From contig DATMAM010000040.1 of NCBI GenBank assembly GCA_035559995.1, positions 197,452 through 261,451 on the forward strand: a stretch of DNA of 64,000 nt. The letters are read 5' to 3'. The notes under the pieces were generated by a model. That model was not told the DNA's origin, did no database searches, and worked only from the letters and a program-made list of their open reading frames with translations. This stretch comes from Candidatus Acidiferrales bacterium. Its GTDB lineage: Bacteria; Desulfobacterota; Binatia; UBA9968. Within the stretch, counting starts at the first letter, position 1. Each line of letters opens with the position of its first letter. Positions 46,592 through 56,426 of the stretch are shown in pieces. The translations under genes were made by a program, and so were the position numbers.

Positions 46592-47325
46592 GCAGCGGCA
46601 CCTTTCTTGGCCGGCGTTTTTGCGGCCTGAGCGCGGGCCTCGAGCTCCTTTACCCGCTGCATGTACTTGGACCCGTTGATGACCCGCCCGACACCGATGG
46701 TTTTCTTTCCCACGTATCCCGGGACCTTCACTTTCTGCAGACCGAAATGATCCATCGCGGAAAGAAAGTCCCGGCTGTCCTTAAAAAAGACAACGATGTA
46801 ATCGTAATGCTCGTATGGGAGGAGGTCCATTTCTGGCGGGCCGGGGAGCTCGTCCTCGGGCTCCTCGAATCCGGATAGATGCGAACCATTTTCATCCATT
46901 CCGCCGCGCATCTGAAGATCAGCCTCTTGGCGAAGCGGGGCCATATTCAAGCTGTCGTAGAGGTCGGGCATCTGGCTTTCGAGTTCCTTGAGCAGGTTGC
47001 CCAGGAGCTGCTCGTCCCAGTCGCCCCCGACATTGGGGTTATTCAGCGTGATATTGAGCGCCTTCTCCTTCTCGATCGGAAGGTCCACAACCGAACATGG
47101 CACGGTTTTTTCGCCGCGCGCCTTCAGGATCTTGAAACGCTGGTGGCCGGAAACAAGGTTGCCGGTCCGCTTGTTCCACACGAGCGGCTCCACCAGGTCA
47201 AACTCGGCCAGGGATTGCTCGATGGTTTCGTACTCGTGCTCCCCGGGCTGGAGCTCGCGCCTGGGGTTGTACGGGGCCGGGTTGATCTTGCTCACCGGGA
47301 TATCCTGAAGGTTGATCTTTGCCAT
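46588..47325 (-). CDS. ParB/Srx-fold (ParB-like nuclease domain) protein
   Basis: INPAPYNPRREL...LVSGHQRFKI ParB N-terminal domain signature; acidic C-terminal region. Confidence 0.65.
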   Translation of the reverse strand: MAKINLQDIPVSKINPAPYNPRRELQPGEHEYETIEQSLAEFDLVEPLVWNKRTGNLVSGHQRFKILKARGEKTVPCSVVDLPIEKEKALNITLNNPNVGGDWDEQLLGNLLKELESQMPDLYDSLNMAPLRQEADLQMRGGMDENGSHLSGFEEPEDELPGPPEMDLLPYEHYDYIVVFFKDSRDFLSAMDHFGLQKVKVPGYVGKKTIGVGRVINGSKYMQRVKELEARAQAAKTPAKKGAAA

Positions 47326-47478
47326 GTACCCCCCTACGATTCAGAGTCGTTCAATTCCGCCATAACGGCGTCCACGCCTGGCCCCAGGACAACGATCGCG
47401 GCCTGGTTTGATACGCAGCAACCCCCATGGGGAGATCGTGCCTTAAAAAGCCGCTAATGCGTTTTCTCAGTTTTGGAA

Positions 47479-47823
47479 TCACCGCGCGTGTCGCCCGATC
47501 GCGACGGCAATCTCTGCGGCAAATTGGCCGCAGTTCTGGGTGACGAGCTGCTCGCTTTCCGCGCGGATCCGGTTGACCAGGATCGCTCGATAGGCAGCGG
47601 CGATCAGTCCGCCGGAACGATCCTCGAGGAGCGCGGTCAGCTTTTGCCACCGCTCGGAAAGAATCCTGGCGCAGGCTTGATCCCCTGGCGTTCCCTCTTG
47701 ATCCGCCAACTTCCGAAAGGCGACCAAGTCATCCCCGAGCCTCTGCCCAACAAAGGAGCAGCCGGTGATCCAGACCAAGAATGCGATAATCAAACCAATG
47801 ATGATCCAGTCCCGCATAGTCAC
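47479..47823 (-). CDS. phage lipoprotein, o-spanin-like/lysis-associated
   Basis: Signal peptide with lipobox ITGC; overlaps upstream gene by 4 nt as in spanin pairs. Confidence 0.4.
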   Translation of the reverse strand: MTMRDWIIIGLIIAFLVWITGCSFVGQRLGDDLVAFRKLADQEGTPGDQACARILSERWQKLTALLEDRSGGLIAAAYRAILVNRIRAESEQLVTQNCGQFAAEIAVAIGRHAR

Positions 47824-48041
47824 CTCTGGACAAACTCATCGAACCGATCTTTGAGCTTGTTGTGCTCGGCCCAAAGCCGCTCGATATCCTTGCGAAGATA
47901 CGCTACCTCACCCCCGTTGCCGGCCAATTTCTGCCGGTCGCGGTGAAAGTATTCATTCACGATCTTGAGCACGACGGCGAGGACGCTCGAGATCAGAGCG
48001 ATCACGACCGAAACGTCCTGCCATGTGAGATTCTCAATCAC
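47820..48041 (-). CDS. single-TM coiled-coil lysis protein (i-spanin or holin-like)
   Basis: N-terminal TM VSVVIALISSVLAVVLKIV then charged coiled coil. Confidence 0.4.
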   Translation of the reverse strand: MIENLTWQDVSVVIALISSVLAVVLKIVNEYFHRDRQKLAGNGGEVAYLRKDIERLWAEHNKLKDRFDEFVQR

Positions 48042-48256
48042 TTGGTAAATGCACGCTTGACTTCGTGCATCGCGATGTTCACTTCGGAGCGCGGGACAGC
48101 GCCTTCCTTGAAGATCGCGTACACGTGGGGCCCGGGCTCCTTTGTCGCGACCATGTGCTCGCGCATGTCCTGGAGGTTCTGAAGATGCACGCTGAGCTCG
48201 TTGGTGTCTCGGAAGACCAAAAAGATTCCTTCCTCTCGCGATACGATCTGCATCAC
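48038..48256 (-). CDS. hypothetical phage protein
   Basis: 72 aa. Confidence 0.3.
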   Translation of the reverse strand: MMQIVSREEGIFLVFRDTNELSVHLQNLQDMREHMVATKEPGPHVYAIFKEGAVPRSEVNIAMHEVKRAFTK

Positions 48257-48258
48257 TC

Positions 48259-48735
48259 CTACTGGTAGTATTTCACCAGCACGGGCCGGTTGTGCAGCTC
48301 ATCGACTTTCTCTTTCACCAAGACGCGCTCGCCACAGAAAAAGCGGATCTCGGTGGTCTCCCGGCCGGGCGCCGCGAAGAGCATCATTCCGAGATTCACT
48401 TCGATCGTGTCGCCGTTCTTGTCGGTCAGATAAACACAGCTCGAGGGCACCTGGGCGATCAGCCGCCGCTCACGCTTGTTTTCCTCGGGGCACTGCTCGT
48501 AGTCGGCGCAGAATTCTTCGTGGGATTTAACCCAGGCGTTTATCTCAGCGCCGTGGTCATTCAACCGCCGCACGATCCAATGGCCGTCGGGGAGCTCGAG
48601 GTTTCCCTTTGACGTTCGTGCATAAAACTTCGTGACACCATCGCTCTCAAGGCCGTACACGCCGGCCGGATAGGGAGGCCCGAGCAGCCGCTCAGCCTCA
48701 ACCTTGAACCCGGAATGTTTATGGAAAAATTTCAT
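48259..48735 (-). CDS. hypothetical phage protein
   Basis: 158 aa. Confidence 0.35.
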   Translation of the reverse strand: MKFFHKHSGFKVEAERLLGPPYPAGVYGLESDGVTKFYARTSKGNLELPDGHWIVRRLNDHGAEINAWVKSHEEFCADYEQCPEENKRERRLIAQVPSSCVYLTDKNGDTIEVNLGMMLFAAPGRETTEIRFFCGERVLVKEKVDELHNRPVLVKYYQ

Positions 48736-48779
48736 GCAGGACTTTTACCACAGTTCAGCGCCGTTCGATTCGGGAATTT

Positions 48780-49256
48780 TTAGTTGTCGGCCGCAGCGTA
48801 CTTCAAATTCTGAGCGATCCGGCGCGCCCAGCCGCGCGCATTGTGACCCCAGTTAGAAAGCCGCGTCATGAAATCCAGCCGCTCGGCGAGAAAACGGAGC
48901 AGCGCATCGTTCGGGTCCATCCGATCGTAAGCCACTTGGCTAACCGGACCCCAGTAGCCGTCATCAGCAACTCCGACCGCTCGCTGGAGCATCCGGATCG
49001 CGTTTCCGATCCCGTGGTGAACAGCGGCGTCAAACAGTTGGTAGACAAGCGCATCGTCGAGCTTTGAGGCAACGGGAGCCCAAAAATCGCGCTGGTAGAT
49101 GACCTTTGCCCCGTCGCGCGTGAGATTCTTAATGTCGACGTCAGGATAGGAGCGCTTCGAAATCCCCCAGTTCGTCTCCCCGCCGGGGTCCTCGGGGTCG
49201 TTTGTGTAGCCCCCCTCGTGCCCGAGCGTGCGGTCAAAAGCCGTATCGAAGTCCAT
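48780..49256 (-). CDS. endolysin, glycoside hydrolase family 108 lysozyme-like
   Basis: HEGGYTNDPEDPGGETNWGI GH108 catalytic motif. Confidence 0.8.
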   Translation of the reverse strand: MDFDTAFDRTLGHEGGYTNDPEDPGGETNWGISKRSYPDVDIKNLTRDGAKVIYQRDFWAPVASKLDDALVYQLFDAAVHHGIGNAIRMLQRAVGVADDGYWGPVSQVAYDRMDPNDALLRFLAERLDFMTRLSNWGHNARGWARRIAQNLKYAAADN

Positions 49257-49627
49257 CAGCGTTTTCTCCGATCGAAATCAGGGCGGATCGCCGAAATCGT
49301 CTTGGCGGTGCGATCATCCGAATAATTTTCCTCGAACCGCGCAAGCCCGCACTCACCGGCGCGCAGATAAGCCTCGATCGAGAGAGCCAAAACCTGCCAC
49401 CTGTACTCGAGCATGGCCTGCCAGCCGGAGTAGTGGCGGAACTCCTCGCGTTTGAGGATCGGCATCAAGCATTTGACCAGGCGGTGATCGACCCGGAATC
49501 CGACAGTAATCTTCTCCCCGTTCGACCGCATCACGACGTCATCGCAGCCGTAATCTTTTAAGATTTGCCGGATCTGCTCCTTCGACTTCTTTATCGTCCA
49601 AGGGTTCTCAAATTCTCGCCTGCCCAT
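49256..49627 (-). CDS. hypothetical phage protein
   Basis: 123 aa. Confidence 0.35.
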   Translation of the reverse strand: MGRREFENPWTIKKSKEQIRQILKDYGCDDVVMRSNGEKITVGFRVDHRLVKCLMPILKREEFRHYSGWQAMLEYRWQVLALSIEAYLRAGECGLARFEENYSDDRTAKTISAIRPDFDRRKR

Positions 49628-49628
49628 A

Positions 49629-50000
49629 TCACGATAGGCCGATCACGTTGGTTCCATCACAGTAGACGAGCTTCACCTGGCCGGGCGTGAGCGTCACTCC
49701 GGTGCCGGCGGCAGTCTTCACCGTGATATTAAATCCGCCACCGCTCCCGTGCTCCACGAGGTAGAGCTTCTTGTTGGTTGGGACGATCAAGTTTCTATTG
49801 GCGGTGAGCGTTCCGGAAGTTTTGATGTGCATGTTCTCGAGCGCCTGCGCCGATGTGAGCGTCACGTCAGCCGTACTGATCGGGATGTTCTCGCTATCGC
49901 AGAGCGCTTTGTCGAGCTTGTCGATCGCCTCATTCGCGGTCACGTGTGGATTGTTCTGATTACCGACGAGATGCGTGATGCTCAAATTGGGTGACGGCAT
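49629..50000 (-). CDS. phage tail-fiber-associated small protein
   Basis: 123 aa, Thr/Gly/Asn-rich beta-type composition typical of fiber tips. Confidence 0.35.
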   Translation of the reverse strand: MPSPNLSITHLVGNQNNPHVTANEAIDKLDKALCDSENIPISTADVTLTSAQALENMHIKTSGTLTANRNLIVPTNKKLYLVEHGSGGGFNITVKTAAGTGVTLTPGQVKLVYCDGTNVIGLS

Positions 50001-50038
50001 TTTTCCTCCGGCATAACTAAGCCATAATTATGTCATAG

Positions 50039-51667
50039 TTAGACCACCGCCTGGCCGACGAAGCCACGTCCGACAGCAGCGCTGATCTGATACCAGCGAA
50101 CGCCGACTGGATCGCCGGGCGTGAAGCCATCCGTTGTTTGATCGGCAGCGCTGTAGGTTGCGCTGCTCGTGGTGGGATTCGGCGAGAGCTGGCGCTTCAG
50201 AGTGGCGAAATCGGTGGTCCAAATCTCCACATGGTAGAGCTCGCTGGTTTCCCCGAGCGGCGGGTTTGTAACCAGGTTCCACGTGCCGCGGATCCGGCTC
50301 CGTCGCTCGCACGTGAGCGTCAGATTATTCGATCCGTCCCGCGTCCCTCGTATCAGCGTCACCGGGTACGGCTTCTGCGACACCCCGGTGTTCGTGACTT
50401 TAAGAACAGGACTCGGGCCAGCAAGGCCGCCGATCGACTCCGCGACGTAGTGCCGGACCGTGTTCAATGGCGCGATCACGCGCTGAATCGCGCCGAGCTC
50501 GAGCTTGATGACAGCCTCGCCGGCCACGTGCGTTCCTGTCGCCCAGTCCGTGCCCTGGCAGCCGCGGATGATGTTTTTTACCGTGTACCGATTCGGGTTT
50601 GAGCCGATCTGGGTGACGCTCTGAATGATGACCACTTCCTTTCCCCACAGAAACGCATTGAGCTCGTTCAGGGCATCGAGTTCGGTCACGCTCGAGAGAG
50701 AGCCATCACCGATCATCCGGAGATTCACCGAGCTGGTACGGTCCCACAAACTTCCCTCATGATTCGGGAGCGCGCTCTCAGCGATCCCGACCACAGCCGG
50801 CGTGTCTAGCATCGTAAGCTCTGCCCACTCCTGGCCGTCATCCGACACGAACACAACAGCGCCCTTCCACGCGGCGGGATCGCCGGTCATCGGCACGCCG
50901 CAGATGTAGAGCGCCGGCTGCATCTGATCGTCGATGTCTCGGAACAGGGGCGAATCGAGCACGAAAAGGCCCGTGATGCCGATCGCGGGAATGGTGTCCG
51001 TCGGGAAGCCCTGGCCGGCGACGCCCGGATTGACGGCAGCATAGAGCCTGGGATTCTCGCGCACAGCGCGAGCTCGTAGGATTCCGGGATCGCCCCAATC
51101 GGCTTGATCGATTCTCATGACGTGGCGTGTGACTCGGATGAACCGCCCTTGCACGGTGGGATCCAACGCCCCCAGGCCGAAGCTCGCAAAAGCTGGGGTG
51201 ATGATCCAGCCGTGGTACGTCGTGGGATCCACAGCACCGAGCGCGAACTCGGCAGCATTGGGCGTGACGGAGGTACTGGAGAGAAAGACAACCGGATCGC
51301 CGGTGTCGAACGACATGCTGGCGATAAGAGCGATCGCAACGGCCGGATCCACAGCACCGAGAGCGAACGATGCGGCATCGGGCGTGATGGAGACGGACGG
51401 GGAAAACTCTTGATACAGGACCTGAAGCGGAACGTGAGTAATGCGCGCTTCCCGGAACGGATCGTACAAGACCTGCGGAGGGACCTGCGTGATCCGCGCT
51501 TCCCGGAACGGATCGTACAAGACCTGCGGAGGGACCTGCGTGATCCGCGCGCTCGGGGTAGCAGGTTCATAGAGTACCTGATCCGGAGTTTGCGTAACGC
51601 GAGCGCTGGGGGCAGCAGGCTCGTAAGCAACTTGCTCCGGGTTTTGGGTGATTCTCGCATCGCCCAC
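50039..51667 (-). CDS. tail fiber-like protein with N-terminal 17-aa tandem repeats
   Basis: ARITQVPPQVLYDPFRE x2 exact plus 3 degenerate copies; long beta-rich C-terminal domain. Confidence 0.5.
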   Translation of the reverse strand: MGDARITQNPEQVAYEPAAPSARVTQTPDQVLYEPATPSARITQVPPQVLYDPFREARITQVPPQVLYDPFREARITHVPLQVLYQEFSPSVSITPDAASFALGAVDPAVAIALIASMSFDTGDPVVFLSSTSVTPNAAEFALGAVDPTTYHGWIITPAFASFGLGALDPTVQGRFIRVTRHVMRIDQADWGDPGILRARAVRENPRLYAAVNPGVAGQGFPTDTIPAIGITGLFVLDSPLFRDIDDQMQPALYICGVPMTGDPAAWKGAVVFVSDDGQEWAELTMLDTPAVVGIAESALPNHEGSLWDRTSSVNLRMIGDGSLSSVTELDALNELNAFLWGKEVVIIQSVTQIGSNPNRYTVKNIIRGCQGTDWATGTHVAGEAVIKLELGAIQRVIAPLNTVRHYVAESIGGLAGPSPVLKVTNTGVSQKPYPVTLIRGTRDGSNNLTLTCERRSRIRGTWNLVTNPPLGETSELYHVEIWTTDFATLKRQLSPNPTTSSATYSAADQTTDGFTPGDPVGVRWYQISAAVGRGFVGQAVV

Positions 51668-52677
51668 TAGGCTGTTACCTCATACCCCGTTTGCAGCGCA
51701 TTGACGTCGGCCTCCGTCCACCCGCCGGCAGTGACCGGATTCGTGTTGTAAAGCTGGAGCGGTGAATAGGTGTGACTCTCCGTGAGCACGTAGGCATCGC
51801 CCTGGACGTCCGTGGTGCCGTGACGGAGAGACGTCGCAACACTGCGGGCCCCGGCATCGGTCTTCTTTCCGCGAAAACGCAGCCCAACCGCTTTTGGAAT
51901 TGCCCCCGTGGGGAGGTTCTGCATGGTGAATAGATCCTTGTGGCCGACCGTCGCCGATGAGTTGTAGTCGGTGTCATCATTTGGCGAGGCCTCATCGACG
52001 TTCTGAAAATTCGATCCTGCGCTCGGCGTGAATTGCGTGCTGTTGCCCGCGCCATCTGGAAAGAAGCAGCCGACCCGAAGGTCGCCGCCGAAATCATCAG
52101 CGATATAAACATCGTCCAAGTCCACCGTCTCGGCACCGTTGCCGCCACCGCTCGGAAACCCCAGCACGATTCTATCGACAGTCGTCGTGGAGCCGTTTTT
52201 GGTATCGACGTTCGTGAGATTCAACACCTCAACGTCATTGATCTTGACGACCACCGATCCGGTTGTGTCATGGATCACCACCTTGGCCTGAATGTGGTAG
52301 TAGGTGTTAATGAGCATCGTGACGCCGCTCGTTGTCCCGAGCAGAACGTTATCGCCTCGGAAGACCTCGATATCCCCTGAAGACTTAAGATGCAGATAGA
52401 CATGGTTCGTGCCGCTATTCTGGAACAAACAGAAGTTCGGCAAATTGCCTGACAGTGTTGTAAATTTGAAGGCGAAACCGACGCAGACAGTGCCGACTGC
52501 AGTTATGGTTTTCACGACGTTCGGACCATTGTCGGTACACCGGATCGAATTGCTGCCGCCACGACCGCTGCCTGATGAAACAGAAAACGGGGCAGTGACG
52601 GACGTCCAAATTCCCTGCGCCATGTGCGACGATCCGTAATAGTCGCCGCACGAATCGAACCAGTAAAAAGTCGGCAT
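51667..52677 (-). CDS. tail fiber / receptor-binding protein
   Basis: Gly/Thr/Asn-rich, start at MPTFYWFD overlapping upstream stop. Confidence 0.45.
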   Translation of the reverse strand: MPTFYWFDSCGDYYGSSHMAQGIWTSVTAPFSVSSGSGRGGSNSIRCTDNGPNVVKTITAVGTVCVGFAFKFTTLSGNLPNFCLFQNSGTNHVYLHLKSSGDIEVFRGDNVLLGTTSGVTMLINTYYHIQAKVVIHDTTGSVVVKINDVEVLNLTNVDTKNGSTTTVDRIVLGFPSGGGNGAETVDLDDVYIADDFGGDLRVGCFFPDGAGNSTQFTPSAGSNFQNVDEASPNDDTDYNSSATVGHKDLFTMQNLPTGAIPKAVGLRFRGKKTDAGARSVATSLRHGTTDVQGDAYVLTESHTYSPLQLYNTNPVTAGGWTEADVNALQTGYEVTA

Positions 52678-53069
52678 TAGATCAGCCTCCAGTTTCCCTT
52701 GCGGACAATATGGATCCCGATCGCCCGGCCGTTTGCCCGCCTGAGAAGCGCGGTGAATACGAGACGCGCGCACTCAAGCACGTGATAGCGCTCGAGCGCG
52801 CGGCCGCCGACCCGGCCGGCCGGGAGCTTGGCGATGTCGAATGTATCTGCCGGCAGATTGTGGAGCTTGATCTTGGTAATCTCGTTGAGGATCTCCGGAT
52901 CCGCCGTTTGCTCCTCGCCGGAGTGAAGCGCCCTCAGATAGTCGAGAGCAGCCGGGTACATCGCGTCGGGGTCGACGTCATACCAGTCCATCCCAGGGTA
53001 CTCGGGCCGCTCGTATTTCGCGTAACCGCCAACCACCATGTGGTGAATGATTTCGTGGATCATCATGGG
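52677..53069 (-). CDS. small HExxH zinc-metallopeptidase-like protein in tail region
   Basis: MMIHEIIHHMVVGGYAKYE: HEIIH motif at N-terminus; start overlaps upstream stop. Confidence 0.4.
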   Translation of the reverse strand, partial: PMMIHEIIHHMVVGGYAKYERPEYPGMDWYDVDPDAMYPAALDYLRALHSGEEQTADPEILNEITKIKLHNLPADTFDIAKLPAGRVGGRALERYHVLECARLVFTALLRRANGRAIGIHIVRKGNWRLI

Positions 53070-53527
53070 ACTTCGTTCCCCCTGATCTCGCAGTTCAAGA
53101 GCGAAATTGATTGGCCGTCGCTCACGATCCGATCCGACACCAGATTCCAATAGGTGATGATCTCGCGGTTATTCAGCGTCGCGTTTCGATCCGTAAGCAC
53201 AGCCCAGCGAGCGCCGGATCCGGACGCCGGTAGCGTTCCACCGCTCGCGGTGAACACGATGTCCTTAAGCTGGGTGAGCGCGCGGTCGTTCACGTCGTCT
53301 TCGGTGAGCACGTCGAAGTCGACCGTGTCGCGGTTGATATCCTGTCCGCCGGCGCTGTAGCCATTGCCCGTCGCAATCTCGGTGAGATCCGTCTTTAGGT
53401 TAGTGTCCGGGGTGGGCGTCTGCGCGCTCGTCGCAAGAAACAGCGCGAAGCCGCCGCCGGGGATAGAGGCGTTTCGGAAATAGGTCCCGAGTATGTTGTA
53501 TTTGCCGCGGTTTGTGACTCCTGGCAT
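53063..53527 (-). CDS. hypothetical tail-associated protein
   Basis: 154 aa. Confidence 0.35.
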   Translation of the reverse strand: MPGVTNRGKYNILGTYFRNASIPGGGFALFLATSAQTPTPDTNLKTDLTEIATGNGYSAGGQDINRDTVDFDVLTEDDVNDRALTQLKDIVFTASGGTLPASGSGARWAVLTDRNATLNNREIITYWNLVSDRIVSDGQSISLLNCEIRGNEVP

Positions 53528-53537
53528 GGTTCCTCCA

Positions 53538-55856
53538 TTACACGATTTCCTCTACCTCGACTTCGATCACGTCAGTCGGATCCAGGTGAAAGTACATGAT
53601 GGAAAGCGCGAGCTCGCGCGTATCCAGATGCGTGTGGTACTCGTGCATGAGCACCTCGGCGATCTTCGCAGCGTGATCCTTCGTTGTTGCGATCGGAAGC
53701 TCGGCCGTGATCTCGCCCTTCGACGCGGTGAGCTCGCGGTTGAAACTCTCGGTATCCTGCTCGTAGTCCTTCTCGAGGTTCCAATAGCTCACGTGCGTTT
53801 TTTTCGGCGCCTCGGTCGCCTGGCCCTTGGTCTTCGCCAGAGGCTCGGGCATCTCAGCGCCGAGCTCGTGGGCAGCGAGATACTTTTGCGGGATCTTGAG
53901 CATTGGCGCCTTGCCCCGTTTGGGGAAGCGGATTTTCCCGTCGCCGCAGTAAGCATCGTAGAAGTACCCTGTGAGGAGCGGCTGGCTCCACGCGGCGGCG
54001 CTAGACTGGCGGCCCACAGCAAAGCCGGGAACGAGATCGTTCAGCTCGCTCACGTCGATGTCCTTGTTGCCGAGCTGGACATCACGATCGGCGATCAGGC
54101 CGGCATGGCGGCATAGATCCGCCTGAATCTTCCACAGGGGAACGCTATCGGTCGTTGCGCGGTCGAGATAGATGTGGTCGAACCCGAAGCCGGTGAGCCC
54201 TTTCTGCCAATCGGCGACCAATGAGTGACTGTCGGGCATGTAAACGGACGCCAGATACCCGAAACCAGGACCTTGCGCGTTGGGAATCGAAGTCCAGAGA
54301 TACGTTCGCTCGACCTGCAACGTGACGATGTTCACTTCGGCGAAATAGCTCTGCCCGAAGGCGGCGCCCACGGGGATCCACTGCTTCCCATTGACGGTAT
54401 CGAGACCCCGAGGCCAGATTGCGCCGTTGATCGTTAACTGCCCCACGATCGATTGGCTGTCTACCGACCATTTATGAATCGTATCGCCTGCAATGATCAG
54501 CACGCTGTTGCTGGCCTCGTCATAGAAAGCGTGAGGAACGATGAACGAAGGAGTAAACAGGCCGCTCAGATCATAGGCCGTCACCTGGCCAGAGGGTGTC
54601 ATTTTCACGAGCTGCGCGAGCGTTGTCATCGCCCAGGCGTTTCCATCCGAGTCGATCGATTCGACATCTTTCACCTCTCCATAGCCAAGCCCAACCGTGT
54701 TGATCTCAGCTAAAAGAGCCAGCGTGGCAGAATAAACGCGCACGATGTCATCACCGCAGTGAAGCGTAGCGGTATGGGCCGACCAGATATTTCCCTGACC
54801 GCTCACGCGGTCGACCTTTAGTTGCCGGCAACCTACGCCGCCAGTGGAACCAGAAAAACTTCCCCCGATCGGATCGGTAGTATTCTCGGCGATAATCTGG
54901 AGTGTTTGTGGATCGAGCAGGGCGACAAAAAGACCGTGCTGCGCCACGACGAGGCCATCGGTTGTGATATCCCATGCGCGGAGATGGTCGGGGCCGTTAT
55001 ACGTCTGCAGGATGAATTTGTTCTCGAGCAGATCGAATTTTCCGACCCGGTTGATCCCGCCATCTTGGATTAGCAACGCATAGGCTGTGTACCGTTCGCG
55101 ATCGACCAGGAGCACGTGCGCGTAACCGCTCAGCCCGCCGACACCGTTCTCGACGCGCTCCAGGAAATGGGTGCCAGTTGTCACGCGCGCCATGAGTCCG
55201 TGGAGCTCTGGGATCCGGTTGCCGAAATCCTCGAGCGGTAAATCTACGAGCACGGTCGAAGAGACACCGCGGCCAGCCGGCACCTCGCCAACGCCGAACT
55301 CCGCTTCCCAGATCGAATCCGGGAGCTGCGTCTCTGAGCCGGTCCGGTGGCGCACCTCCATTTTCTTGTACTTCTTGATTTGCTTAGCGCCCGGCCGGCG
55401 GTCGTAGATCAACTTCACGTCGCCCCAGATCGCGAGCAGGTCTGCTTCCGCCTCGCACCATGCGACCTCTACGGTCGCGAAGTAGGAATAAGAGACGATC
55501 GTTTGGCTCGTCCCGCCGCCGCCTTTGCCGAACAGACCGCCACCGCCAACCGACTGTTTTTTCTTGACTTCTTTGATGCCTTTCTTCGGCATCGCAATGA
55601 GGTTCCCAGCCTGGCGCCATTTGCCCCACCCGATCGGAATCATGGCGTTGTAGGTGCTCGCCATCACTTGGAGATCATTCAGCCGCGGCCCCCTAATCGT
55701 CGGACCATCGGGGCGAAACAGCATGTTTCCGAGCAGGCTCCCGAACTGCCAGCCGATGGACATCGCCGTAAAGATCCCAGTCGTGCTCGCGCCGAAAAAC
55801 GCCGCAGCGCCGCCAGCAGCGGCGGCACCAGCGGCGGCAAGCCCGATCGCAGCCAC
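53538..55856 (-). CDS. phage tail host-specificity protein (lambda gpJ / GTA g15-like)
   Basis: 772 aa, Ala/Gly-rich N-terminus, position after NlpC/P60 gene as in lambda/GTA tail tips. Confidence 0.55.
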   Translation of the reverse strand: MAAIGLAAAGAAAAGGAAAFFGASTTGIFTAMSIGWQFGSLLGNMLFRPDGPTIRGPRLNDLQVMASTYNAMIPIGWGKWRQAGNLIAMPKKGIKEVKKKQSVGGGGLFGKGGGGTSQTIVSYSYFATVEVAWCEAEADLLAIWGDVKLIYDRRPGAKQIKKYKKMEVRHRTGSETQLPDSIWEAEFGVGEVPAGRGVSSTVLVDLPLEDFGNRIPELHGLMARVTTGTHFLERVENGVGGLSGYAHVLLVDRERYTAYALLIQDGGINRVGKFDLLENKFILQTYNGPDHLRAWDITTDGLVVAQHGLFVALLDPQTLQIIAENTTDPIGGSFSGSTGGVGCRQLKVDRVSGQGNIWSAHTATLHCGDDIVRVYSATLALLAEINTVGLGYGEVKDVESIDSDGNAWAMTTLAQLVKMTPSGQVTAYDLSGLFTPSFIVPHAFYDEASNSVLIIAGDTIHKWSVDSQSIVGQLTINGAIWPRGLDTVNGKQWIPVGAAFGQSYFAEVNIVTLQVERTYLWTSIPNAQGPGFGYLASVYMPDSHSLVADWQKGLTGFGFDHIYLDRATTDSVPLWKIQADLCRHAGLIADRDVQLGNKDIDVSELNDLVPGFAVGRQSSAAAWSQPLLTGYFYDAYCGDGKIRFPKRGKAPMLKIPQKYLAAHELGAEMPEPLAKTKGQATEAPKKTHVSYWNLEKDYEQDTESFNRELTASKGEITAELPIATTKDHAAKIAEVLMHEYHTHLDTRELALSIMYFHLDPTDVIEVEVEEIV

Positions 55857-56290
55857 TACCAGACCCCCTTGAAGCGATAGATGCGGTCGATGCGGTCGAT
55901 CCAGTATTGATCGAACACGTTCTCGCAGACTTTACCGACGCGGCGGTAGCAGTGAATGATCGAGAGCGGATTTCCTCCGTCGGCGACGATCCCCAGGTGC
56001 ATTTGCTCCTCGACGAGGCCCGTATCCATCCAGAACACCGGGACGTCGGCGAGCCTAAGATCGTCCTTACTCTTCACGCGGATGCACGCTTCATCGAGCA
56101 TTTTGTAAAGGAGCCGCCAGTTTGGCGTGTAGCCGTAGGTCACATAGTCGCGGTCGGTCAGACGGAAATGGTGCGCGACGTTCACGGGAAGACCGAGGCA
56201 ATCCACGCCGTGCCGCGATCGCCCTTGATGAACCCAAGGGACCTCGAGCCAGGTCCGCGCCTCCGCTATGATTTCTTCAGGTCTGGGCAT
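55856..56290 (-). CDS. NlpC/P60-family tail-associated peptidase (lambda gpK-like)
   Basis: Catalytic Cys in HGVDCLGL and downstream His (HLGIV); listed ORF N-terminal extension is Arg-rich out-of-context read. Confidence 0.55.
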   Translation of the reverse strand: MPRPEEIIAEARTWLEVPWVHQGRSRHGVDCLGLPVNVAHHFRLTDRDYVTYGYTPNWRLLYKMLDEACIRVKSKDDLRLADVPVFWMDTGLVEEQMHLGIVADGGNPLSIIHCYRRVGKVCENVFDQYWIDRIDRIYRFKGVW

Positions 56291-56426
56291 TGGGCGGTGC
56301 CAACGATCACTTGTGGATGAATCGGCCGTTTGAACAGGCTTTCGCAGTCGTGACAATAAAAGAGGGCTTCTCCTTTCTCCTCTCCGAGCGGCTCGAGTTC
56401 TCTCTGCGTCGTCGCGCAAACGAGCT

